DNA from: a virus
Lineage: Duplodnaviria; Caudoviricetes
Reading direction: 5' to 3' (one strand)
DNA length: 64,000 nucleotides
Virus record (IMG/VR): IMGVR_UViG_3300021387_000087
Part shown: positions 50,052 to 58,765 of the stretch, piece after piece
Position numbering within the stretch: position 1 is the stretch's first letter
How the letters are laid out: every line of letters starts with the position of its first letter
The notes under the pieces: generated by a model
The model's database searches: none
Told to the model about the DNA's origin: nothing
The model's input: only the letters and a program-made list of their open reading frames with translations
Made by a program: the position numbers and the translations under genes

Positions 50052-50861
50052 TCAGCCTACACCACAGCCACATCCACAAGTACCATAATTCTGTGTGCAA
50101 CAATTTGGATTGGGCACGACATAACAAGGACGAGGGGTAGGATTGAGATACTGTTCCAGAGCGGTTGTCTGAGCTTCATTATTAGCCAGAATAGCCGCAG
50201 TCTGAGCACCCTGAGATGCAGCCAAATTAGCCATTGTAAGCTGTCTTTCAAGATCGGCAATACGCTCATTTTTAGCATCAATCTTATCTTGGCACATAGT
50301 ATCAAGAATACGCTGAATACCAGCATTCTGATTCTGAAGAATATCACGAACGCCATCATTAAAGGCTGTCCTGTCAGCACAAGCTTCTGTCTGCACAACA
50401 TTTTGAAGGTTAGCGGATGCTAATCTATTCTCACAGCAGCAGTCTGCAAATTGAGATGCAAGCTGATTAATTCCTTGAGTTACAACGGTTTGAGCCGCAA
50501 ATGCTTGATTCATATTAGCCATTTGACGAGCAGTAGCAGCGGTTTCTGCATTAGCAAAACCTGCGCTCACGCCAGCAAATCCATTACAAAGTTGAGTAGA
50601 TAAGCCAGAAATACCAGACTGAATTCCAGAAACGCCAGACATAACAGCAGACTGATCAAAACCACGCTGTACCTCTGCGCCCATAGAGCCGCCACCATTT
50701 CCGTAGCCACCCCAGCCGCCATTTCCAAATGCGAACAGGAATAATAATATAATCCACCATCCGTCAGAGCCGCCCCAGCCCATGCCAGAGCCACCGCCAT
50801 ATCCACCCATCGGGGTTACAGGCATAACCATATCGTTACCATTTCCATCTGTTAAAGCCAT
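50052..50861 (-). CDS. Gly-rich, membrane-segment, Cys-rich coiled-coil hypothetical protein
   Basis: G-rich region flanking WWIILLFLFAF; DCCCENR; DKIDAKNERIADLE; C-terminal CC...CGCGCG. Confidence 0.75.
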   Translation of the reverse strand: MALTDGNGNDMVMPVTPMGGYGGGSGMGWGGSDGWWIILLFLFAFGNGGWGGYGNGGGSMGAEVQRGFDQSAVMSGVSGIQSGISGLSTQLCNGFAGVSAGFANAETAATARQMANMNQAFAAQTVVTQGINQLASQFADCCCENRLASANLQNVVQTEACADRTAFNDGVRDILQNQNAGIQRILDTMCQDKIDAKNERIADLERQLTMANLAASQGAQTAAILANNEAQTTALEQYLNPTPRPCYVVPNPNCCTQNYGTCGCGCGVG

Positions 50862-50979
50862 ATTACTTTTGCCTCCTTGAGATTAAGAATTTGATTGTTT
50901 GTAATATTTAAAACCTTTTGCGCAATGGTTTTTAACGAATATAATTAAATCCTGTTATTCCCTGTTTATCTATTTTTAA

Positions 50980-51198
50980 TTAAAATCTATTATTCATCAT
51001 ATTTTGAATCTGTGTAGCCATTTGTGATAACTGATTAAATTGTTCTTGAGACATTTTTCCGCTATTTAAAAGTTGTTGCACTTGCTGTTTTGGATTGCCC
51101 TGAAAAGTCTGTCTAAACTGATTTAATTGAGCTATCATACTCATCATTGAGTTTTGTGGTTGTATACCACCATTTAAAATATTAAAAAGCGGATTCAT
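50980..51198 (-). CDS. Small Q/N/M-rich hypothetical protein
   Basis: 72 aa, GNPKQQVQQLLNSGKMSQEQFNQL; TAATG-coupled to the upstream gene. Confidence 0.7.
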   Translation of the reverse strand: MNPLFNILNGGIQPQNSMMSMIAQLNQFRQTFQGNPKQQVQQLLNSGKMSQEQFNQLSQMATQIQNMMNNRF

Positions 51199-51596
51199 TA
51201 TTCAATCTCCTTTCGAGTGACAAAGCCTGCCAAAATTTCTTTCAATTCATCTTTTGTCACATATTGAGAATTAACTGTCTGTACAGCTTCCGCAGAAGTA
51301 GTATTCTGTGCCGTCCGCTCTGTATAATCAAAAATTCTTAGTGGCAAAGGAACGCCACTATTGTCTGCTGTTTTTATATAAAAAACACTATTTTCACTGT
51401 CCATCAACATTACGCTTTTACCCGGAGGAACAACCCATGATTTAGCACCCGCTTCACCTTGTACCCAAATCACACCACTATCGTTAGTTTGAGCGGGTTG
51501 AGGCTGAACCACTGGAGTTATAGTTTGTTGAGGAGCATAACTATATTGTGGATACATTTGTTGATAAGTTGCTGGAAATCCATTATTATAAGCCAT
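51198..51596 (-). CDS. Hypothetical protein with a Q/P/Y-rich N-terminus
   Basis: 132 aa, IWVQGEAGAKSW..PG..V.LMDSE..VFYIKT.D..G.P core. Confidence 0.7.
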   Translation of the reverse strand: MAYNNGFPATYQQMYPQYSYAPQQTITPVVQPQPAQTNDSGVIWVQGEAGAKSWVVPPGKSVMLMDSENSVFYIKTADNSGVPLPLRIFDYTERTAQNTTSAEAVQTVNSQYVTKDELKEILAGFVTRKEIE

Positions 51597-51980
51597 TTAA
51601 TCTTCCCTTCTCCAATAATAAATTGGAACTTCATCTCCCGAATCCCAAGTATCAAAATAATTTCCACCTTCACCTACTGCGATAACATGTGTTCCAGTGG
51701 CTAAAATACCTGTTAATTGAGGATTGTCTGCACAAAATTGCCTAACCGTATAACAATCTGGACATGTGTCAGGAATAATATATCTCCTAAATCCATGCTC
51801 AAATAAATACCGCCCCCAAACATCGTTTGAGGACGGCATATCACGCATAGCGTAACCTTGTAGCATTATTCCTATATAGGTATCATCCCATGATTGATTC
51901 ATGGCTTTTGAAATTGCACGTATTACGCAATCTCCAACTAATTTCCGATCAGGATTTGGATTAAAATTAATATAACTCAT
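51597..51980 (-). CDS. Putative papain-fold cysteine peptidase-like protein
   Basis: NPNP...GDCVIRAIS (Cys), GTHVIAV (His), FDTWDS (Asp); activity is inferred. Confidence 0.5.
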   Translation of the reverse strand: MSYINFNPNPDRKLVGDCVIRAISKAMNQSWDDTYIGIMLQGYAMRDMPSSNDVWGRYLFEHGFRRYIIPDTCPDCYTVRQFCADNPQLTGILATGTHVIAVGEGGNYFDTWDSGDEVPIYYWRRED

Positions 51981-51986
51981 ATCAAT

Positions 51987-53549
51987 TCACCATTTATCAA
52001 TACCTGCAAGAACATTAATTTCCTTCTGGACTACATCGTACCAATTACCCAAATTTTTGCGCCTGTTCTTGCCGTTACCATATCGTTTTACGATAGAAGA
52101 ATTGCCATTAAGCAAACCTTCCGCAATTTTATAAACCCAGTTTACTTTTGCTTGAACTTCTGTTGCGTTATAACCCGCTTTAGTCAACTTAGTAAACCGT
52201 TCTGTACCATCAACTGCGCCTTTCCCGAATTTTCCTTGATATACTTGCTGAACAATGTCGGGGGTTACTTCTTTAAAAACAACAGGCACGACAGCAGTTT
52301 GCTTTTGATCTGTTTGTTTATCAATTATTTTTTCTTCGGTAACAATCTTCTTACTACCAGAAGAATCTACAATATATTCAATATCGAAAGCGATTTCATT
52401 ATTAACGCATTCAAGAATACCATTCCATGGATAACTATAGTACATTCTTAAATGACTTTCGCCACGACCATATTTCTCATCGTATTCTCCAACTTGTTTC
52501 TGATCACCTTGTTTACCACCAGTAGCAGTGCCTTTCTCATTAATACTGAATTCCATTAATACATCGGGTTCTGCACTAAGGCACATAGCAGTATGACAAG
52601 TTTCATTTAAATAAACATCACCCATTTGAGCGATAAATGACATGGGACGCCATTTAAAATTACCCGTTCCAGTCATACATTTCCTCATATTGCCTGTATA
52701 TGTTGCACCACCACAGCTAATTCCAGCAGCTTCAAATGCGGATATAACAGCAGAAGAGCAATCTCTATCACCAGATTTAATGGTATACTTTCTTCCATAA
52801 ATATCAATTGTTTCTGTTCCTTTACCCCAACGTTTATCCATGTCTTGCGTGTAACCATGATCTTTATGAGTACAAAGATGTTTCATAATTAACATGGCAA
52901 CTTCTTTTTTATATACATGATAAACCTTTTTCACAGGCTCAGTAGTTGAACCTTTTACAGCATTTTCAGCTTTAGTATAAAAAGGTACATACCAGACAGA
53001 TTCATCTACATTACCCGCAATACCCGGAATATGCGCTCTAGAAGTAAACTGCCATCCATCCATAGAATAAGACGGCTTATATTTAATTTCTTGTTTGCCA
53101 GAATTTGTTCCATAAGCTGGAATCCATCTACGGCATTCAAATCCTTTTAAAGGATCACGCCAATAAGCCTGACCTGCATATACACCAGAATTGTTACCAA
53201 ATTCTTTTAGCCACGCAGTAGCCGCTTGTTTATTTAAATGACGCAAATTCCATTCTTCTAAATCAAGCCAATGTGAAACAGGATGGTATTCTTTAGTAAC
53301 CCTTTTCTCATGCTCAATTTCACTTTTGATTTGATTAGTACTTCCAGCATAAGAATACAAATATGTTCCATAGGGGATACCATATTTTTCACATTGCTCT
53401 ACATTATATTTAAAATATTTATCATCCTGTCGTGACGAATTGTCTCCATATCCAGTGCGCAGAATCGCACCGTCAATGTAATCCTTAACACGCTTCCAAT
53501 CAATTTTTCCTTGATGCTCAGACACATCAATAATTCTCTGCTCAGCCAT
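51987..53549 (-). CDS. Endolysin: GH25 muramidase + NlpC/P60-type peptidase/amidase + CW_7-like binding repeats
   Basis: IIDVSEHQGKIDW, WLDLEE, WQFTS (GH25); GDRDCSSAV...HTAM (Cys-His); VQQVYQGKFGKG...LTKAGYN..EVQAKVN (CW_7-like). Confidence 0.85.
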   Translation of the reverse strand: MAEQRIIDVSEHQGKIDWKRVKDYIDGAILRTGYGDNSSRQDDKYFKYNVEQCEKYGIPYGTYLYSYAGSTNQIKSEIEHEKRVTKEYHPVSHWLDLEEWNLRHLNKQAATAWLKEFGNNSGVYAGQAYWRDPLKGFECRRWIPAYGTNSGKQEIKYKPSYSMDGWQFTSRAHIPGIAGNVDESVWYVPFYTKAENAVKGSTTEPVKKVYHVYKKEVAMLIMKHLCTHKDHGYTQDMDKRWGKGTETIDIYGRKYTIKSGDRDCSSAVISAFEAAGISCGGATYTGNMRKCMTGTGNFKWRPMSFIAQMGDVYLNETCHTAMCLSAEPDVLMEFSINEKGTATGGKQGDQKQVGEYDEKYGRGESHLRMYYSYPWNGILECVNNEIAFDIEYIVDSSGSKKIVTEEKIIDKQTDQKQTAVVPVVFKEVTPDIVQQVYQGKFGKGAVDGTERFTKLTKAGYNATEVQAKVNWVYKIAEGLLNGNSSIVKRYGNGKNRRKNLGNWYDVVQKEINVLAGIDKW

Positions 53550-53571
53550 AAGCATCCCCTTTCTACATACT

Positions 53572-53607
53572 AAAAATGCCCACCACACCTATGACAGTGT
53601 GATGGGC
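53572..53607 (-). terminator. Intrinsic terminator after HU
   Basis: Minus strand GCCCATCACAC-tgtcatag-GTGTGGTGGGC followed by ATTTTT. Confidence 0.7.
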
Positions 53608-53642
53608 TACATCTATATCAGTATTTAATTGTCAAAATTTAA

Positions 53643-53918
53643 TTAATTTGCAGCTTCTTTAAGAGCCTTACCAATCTTAACAGACACCTTCTTCTTGGCG
53701 GGAATCTCAATAGTCTCCCCAGTCATAGGATTGCGTCCAGTCCTTGCGGCAACATCCTTAACAACAACGGTCATACCGTTAGTCAGCTTCAGATCCTCAT
53801 GTGCTTTAACACAATCAAAGATAACGGACTCCACAGCATTAACAAATGCCTTAGTGTCCACCTTTGTAAAACCAGACTTTTCTGCAACCTTTGAAATAAA
53901 TTCCTGCTTGTTTACCAT
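53643..53918 (-). CDS. hup: HU-family DNA-binding protein
   Basis: NKQEFISKVAEKSG...AARTGRNPMTGETIEIPAKK. Confidence 0.92.
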   Translation of the reverse strand: MVNKQEFISKVAEKSGFTKVDTKAFVNAVESVIFDCVKAHEDLKLTNGMTVVVKDVAARTGRNPMTGETIEIPAKKKVSVKIGKALKEAAN

Positions 53919-54100
53919 AATTTTTCTCCTTTACTTCTTTTGTAATCTTTTTGTTTCTTGTATCTAAAAGCTTATATGATATCATATAAACTTCCTTTCA
54001 TATATATCCAGATATTTGAACTAATCAACATTCAAAAAAACTAATGATTTACTTGCTATTTTAAAACATGTAAAATATTCGTTGTAAAAATTAATTATAT

Positions 54101-56743
54101 TTAGTCACTTTTAAAACATTGCAAGAACTGTTCTGGATTTAAAGTATATAAAACTTTCAATAGAATTGCTCTATTGTTATGAGTTTTACTTGTAGGAGCG
54201 CCACCAATATTTTTTATATTCTGTGTAATAACAAAAGCTCTATCTATTAAATAAGACATAAGCCCTATATATTTCTTTCCAAATTTAATTTCTCTAATAT
54301 CAGCTATTAATTGATCGAAATCATTGCGTAATAATAAAATATCTTCTTGAGAATCGTTATCGCCTTTCCGATTATATTGGTCTAATTTAAAACTATACTT
54401 TTCAATTAGTTTTTCAACTTTTCTGTTATTGTATTTTGTATCATTATCATAATGTTTTATAAAAAAATGCTCCATCAGAATTGGTTTAACATAATCTGCT
54501 AAAGTTGGATTAATGTTCATATTATAAAGAACATTCATCGGACAACGTATAGATCCGTTATATTTATCAGCACTAATATTTAACGAACCCATGCCATTGC
54601 GTTTATTATTATATTTCTGAATAGGCTTAAAAAATATCGGGTAACCATTGGCTTTAATATTTAAGTCTCTTTGAATTCTTTTTGTCTCTTCATTTAAATC
54701 AATATCATAAGCACGCTTACTTGAATCTATATATATTTGTGCAAGAACAGATAATATACTTACATAATCTTGATATTTTTTATCTGGAAAGGTATAAGAG
54801 TAGGAAAGTGCTATTTGCGCTAAATTAGATGATAACCCTATTCCCATTTGTGAAGACATTAACTTGTTGTCTATATTTGATAAATCTAAAGCCGTATTTT
54901 TATAACGTGTTGTATCTTTGGGAATATTGTTTTTTATTGTGGGAAATTGTAGTTGGCAATTTCTTGCATGAGAAACTATTGCGGATTGATTTGTAACATA
55001 AATTGTATCTCCGTCCATATCTGAGCCATTGTTTCTCTCTTCGAATACAGTTTCTCGCATATTTATTGCTATGCAATTTTTCCCTAAATAGAAATATTTT
55101 TTTATCCTCCAGTCCAAACGATTTTTCAAATAACCCATATTATTGGGACTATTAAAAGGACTCCTCATTTCACACAATAATTCCCCGTCTTCAAATCGTT
55201 CACTATAACATTGAATCGCTAATTCTTCCTGCTCAAACGTAGGATCATCTTCGGGCTTTTCTCCTACGGCAAACATTAACTCAGCATAAGGCGAACCAAC
55301 TATTGTCATATTATCGCCATTATTGATTATCCGTCCTGTCTTACTCATTTTTACATAAGACTTGATGATATTTGAACGCCGTTGTCTAAAATAACTAGAC
55401 CTTACAAAATCTTTATTGTGCTTTACCAAAGCCAATAGCACATCATAATCATTAGAAAAATTAACACCACGCCTTAAATAATCTAAAAACACATTGTCAT
55501 CAGTTTTTAATTTATATATATAATCCTTAGTACATTGGACAATACTCTCCATAATTTCTTCAGACATACAATTAACATGTTGATAACTCATCTTCTGGAC
55601 ATTACCCAATTTAGATTTTTTGGCAGTTTTTACAATCCCGAAATAACTATCATTATCTTCGATAACTCGTTTACACCAATAATCATAGTTGATTCGACCA
55701 TTCTTAAACTTAATCCACTTCATAGCCGATTCGTGACAAATGATTTTTACATCTTTAGCATAATGCTCATGACCAAATATATCTGTCAATTTCCACGTCT
55801 CATAATCAATCCCGTGTTCAGCAGCGTAATCTCTAAAAAACCCCTGAATGTCGGTATCAAAACATGCCATCTTGCAAAAATGATTTCTAAGAAGAACAAA
55901 ACCGTTAATTTTTGGGAACTGTTCACGAACAAAATTATGATCAATCAATCCTTGCCCATCAAACATTGAATTGCTAATCTTAGCATTTTCACGCTTTACT
56001 GCATGTACGTGCCCATCTTCACCTTTTTCAATACTTATAATATCTTTAAAGCAATAAGAGTCATAATCATCAAGTACCAATATATCATAAGGATTAACCT
56101 TAATTTTCCCAATAATTGTACTCGTAGCCAGAGAAGAATAGGCTTCAGCTTCAACCAATAGCGGATTTTCATACTCATTAAGATCAATCCCCATATAAAG
56201 ATATTCTTTAGCTACATCGTACAATTCCTCTCTAATAAAATCTACAGTCCCCTTTTTAGCTTTGCCCGGTGTCCTGAACAGTCTTTTGTAATGAATCGTT
56301 TGTGATTCTTTACCTTTGCGAGCAGGAGGATAAGTAACATCTACACCTTCTGTGTAAACTTTATCTCTCGCTTCAGCACGATTATATCTAACATATTTGT
56401 CTTGATTTACTTCAGCCCTCGTTAGCAACTCATTAAAGTATTGTAGCTTTTGTTCTTTTTCCTCTTCACTTAATTTGTCGTTTTTCTCTGTATCTTTAAT
56501 ACATTTTTTAATATGTGCTTTTTCTTGTTCGTAGCTTCTTGTACCGTATTTAAAATCAAGAACAATTACATCTCTGGTTGAAGTATCTCTATAAATATCC
56601 AACCCATGTTTCTTCATATAATCTAAAAACAGACTATTACAAAGCATAGCGTCCGTCATATCAATATAATCACGGACGCCAGCATTCTTCTCTAAAAGGC
56701 TTCCAACAACGATGTTTTTAATCTTTATTCCGTATTCGCCCAT
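54101..56743 (-). CDS. YonO-like single-subunit two-barrel DNA-dependent RNA polymerase
   Basis: 880 aa; FDGQGLID, LLRNHFCK, MRSPFN and catalytic GSDMDGD (DxDGD), IDSSKR; adjacent to HU as yonO is to yonN in SPbeta. Confidence 0.85.
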   Translation of the reverse strand: MGEYGIKIKNIVVGSLLEKNAGVRDYIDMTDAMLCNSLFLDYMKKHGLDIYRDTSTRDVIVLDFKYGTRSYEQEKAHIKKCIKDTEKNDKLSEEEKEQKLQYFNELLTRAEVNQDKYVRYNRAEARDKVYTEGVDVTYPPARKGKESQTIHYKRLFRTPGKAKKGTVDFIREELYDVAKEYLYMGIDLNEYENPLLVEAEAYSSLATSTIIGKIKVNPYDILVLDDYDSYCFKDIISIEKGEDGHVHAVKRENAKISNSMFDGQGLIDHNFVREQFPKINGFVLLRNHFCKMACFDTDIQGFFRDYAAEHGIDYETWKLTDIFGHEHYAKDVKIICHESAMKWIKFKNGRINYDYWCKRVIEDNDSYFGIVKTAKKSKLGNVQKMSYQHVNCMSEEIMESIVQCTKDYIYKLKTDDNVFLDYLRRGVNFSNDYDVLLALVKHNKDFVRSSYFRQRRSNIIKSYVKMSKTGRIINNGDNMTIVGSPYAELMFAVGEKPEDDPTFEQEELAIQCYSERFEDGELLCEMRSPFNSPNNMGYLKNRLDWRIKKYFYLGKNCIAINMRETVFEERNNGSDMDGDTIYVTNQSAIVSHARNCQLQFPTIKNNIPKDTTRYKNTALDLSNIDNKLMSSQMGIGLSSNLAQIALSYSYTFPDKKYQDYVSILSVLAQIYIDSSKRAYDIDLNEETKRIQRDLNIKANGYPIFFKPIQKYNNKRNGMGSLNISADKYNGSIRCPMNVLYNMNINPTLADYVKPILMEHFFIKHYDNDTKYNNRKVEKLIEKYSFKLDQYNRKGDNDSQEDILLLRNDFDQLIADIREIKFGKKYIGLMSYLIDRAFVITQNIKNIGGAPTSKTHNNRAILLKVLYTLNPEQFLQCFKSD

Positions 56744-56763
56744 GCATCTTTAGCCTCCTTTAC

Positions 56764-57981
56764 TCACAACATTTGCAGTTTCTCAACTTGCTCTTTTAAA
56801 GCAGCCACAAACAATTTAATTTCGTATTCAGTCGTATTTCTATCCATACTAATACGAATCGTATTATTAATCTCTTTGTCTGTTAAACCAATTTCCTTCA
56901 ACACTTTACTCGGTTTCTTAACTCCTGCATGACAAGCACTACCAGCAGACACTTGACAACCCTCAAAAATATCCAAATTAGTTATTAGCTGTTCATTGTC
57001 AATTCCATTAAAAGTAACATTAACGATATTTGTCAATCCGTTATAGGGGCTATTAATCTTTATGTCATATCTTGTCATTAGGAAATCCAACAAAAGACTT
57101 CTACATCTTTTCAAATTCCTATTATCTTCATCAATAGTCTTATACGCTTGATCCATAGCCCGACCCATCATAACAATAGAAGGAGCGTCTTCAGTGCCAG
57201 ACCGCATTCCTTTTTCCTGACCACCACCATGCAGAAGCGGATTAATTTCAATGCCATTTCTTACATACAAAAAACCAACCCCATGAGGTGCGCCGAACTT
57301 ATGACCAGACACCGACATCATATCAATACCCATATCTTGTACGTCAATCTTCATATGCGTAAAAGCTTGAACTGCATCTACATGCAACACTCCATCATAC
57401 TTGTGTACAATTTTACTAATTGTCTTAATATCATTAATTGACCCAATTTCATTATTCGCCATCATAATTGACACAAGAATTGGATATTGTTTAACATTTG
57501 GCGTATAACGAATACGTTCTTCCAAAGATTCTAAATCAACCGTACCGCTATTATGACATTTCACTATATTCACACTATTGGCAATACTCATTTCATAAAG
57601 CCATACAGCAGGATTAATAACAGAAGGATGCTCAAGACTTGAGACAAAAATTGATGGTGTTAAACGATAATAATCAAACATCTTAGAAGACCCACGAGGA
57701 GCATTCCAATGATGATACTTCTCACAACACCACCCCTTAATCGCTAGATTATTGGCTTCTGTACCTCCAGATGTAAAGATAATCTTATCGCCATCCTGAC
57801 CATTAATACACTTCAAAATATCCTGTCGTACATCCTCAATAGCCTGTCGTGTCTTCATCGATCCCTGAGAGATAGAAGAGGGGTTCCACCAATATTCCCT
57901 ACATAAGGAGCCATACTCCTGTATCATTTCTTCCTCAGGCTGCATTGTAGCAGCGTTATCAAAATAAAGTGATGCTGACAT
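56764..57981 (-). CDS. Cysteine desulfurase (IscS/NifS type)
   Basis: YFDNAAT, FTSGGTEANN, HVDAVQ, SGHKFG (PLP Lys), RSGT, SAGSAC (catalytic Cys). Confidence 0.92.
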   Translation of the reverse strand: MSASLYFDNAATMQPEEEMIQEYGSLCREYWWNPSSISQGSMKTRQAIEDVRQDILKCINGQDGDKIIFTSGGTEANNLAIKGWCCEKYHHWNAPRGSSKMFDYYRLTPSIFVSSLEHPSVINPAVWLYEMSIANSVNIVKCHNSGTVDLESLEERIRYTPNVKQYPILVSIMMANNEIGSINDIKTISKIVHKYDGVLHVDAVQAFTHMKIDVQDMGIDMMSVSGHKFGAPHGVGFLYVRNGIEINPLLHGGGQEKGMRSGTEDAPSIVMMGRAMDQAYKTIDEDNRNLKRCRSLLLDFLMTRYDIKINSPYNGLTNIVNVTFNGIDNEQLITNLDIFEGCQVSAGSACHAGVKKPSKVLKEIGLTDKEINNTIRISMDRNTTEYEIKLFVAALKEQVEKLQML

Positions 57982-58009
57982 TTATTCACCATACCTTTCT
58001 ATATATTTT

Positions 58010-58243
58010 TTAATCCCCAAGAGGGATTTGTTTAACATCACAGAATTGTTCGAATAACTCTCCATTGCTAATTGCCTCTTGCATTCTTTCATCTATTGCA
58101 CTCATCAAAAAATTAAATGTCATATGTTTATTAGGACTCCAAACATACTTATAATTCCATTTATCTACAATAGGATACCCAAAAGGATTAGGCTTCCATT
58201 TTTGCTTTAATCCTTCGACAAAAGCAATATATTCATCAACCAT
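58010..58243 (-). CDS. Small hypothetical protein
   Basis: 77 aa, overlaps the upstream gene in the operon. Confidence 0.55.
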   Translation of the reverse strand: MVDEYIAFVEGLKQKWKPNPFGYPIVDKWNYKYVWSPNKHMTFNFLMSAIDERMQEAISNGELFEQFCDVKQIPLGD

Positions 58244-58427
58244 TTCTTCTTCGACCTTTCAATTCCAATATCCAAGCCTCAAACATTCCCTCTTCAACAT
58301 CTTTACACCATCCAATCCTATGGTCATAATAATACAGTCCGACCTGTTCACCTTTGCGCCTTACCTGATAATTACCAGATTCCATACAAAAATCATAACC
58401 ATCCAGTTTCGTTTCAAACCAAGTCAT
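58236..58427 (-). CDS. Small hypothetical protein
   Basis: 63 aa, ATGA overlap with the upstream gene. Confidence 0.55.
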   Translation of the reverse strand: MTWFETKLDGYDFCMESGNYQVRRKGEQVGLYYYDHRIGWCKDVEEGMFEAWILELKGRRRNG

Positions 58428-58765
58428 TCCTCAACCTCCACAGTGTATAATGGTTTTTTAAAATCATGTACAGATGTAAAATGCATATCTATATCTAAAT
58501 ATCGATTCGCTACAATTCTATATATCTTGTCTCCATTATGATTATAAGTACAATAATCATCTTGATTAACTTCTATCTGTATATCAGATTCAGCAATAAC
58601 TTTAGAAGTAAATACCATACCATTCATTTTCAGTTTCAAATAAAATGGCTTATTCTCATTAATATCAATAGCGCTCATATCAAAATACGAAGTGCCACAA
58701 TAAGGACAAGTATTTAATTCTGTTTTGTACGGTGCCCCGCAGTTAGGACAATTTCTTTGACTCAT
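58424..58765 (-). CDS. Double zinc-ribbon protein
   Basis: MSQRNCPNCGA......CPYCG; start overlaps the end of the radical SAM gene. Confidence 0.65.
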   Translation of the reverse strand: MSQRNCPNCGAPYKTELNTCPYCGTSYFDMSAIDINENKPFYLKLKMNGMVFTSKVIAESDIQIEVNQDDYCTYNHNGDKIYRIVANRYLDIDMHFTSVHDFKKPLYTVEVEE

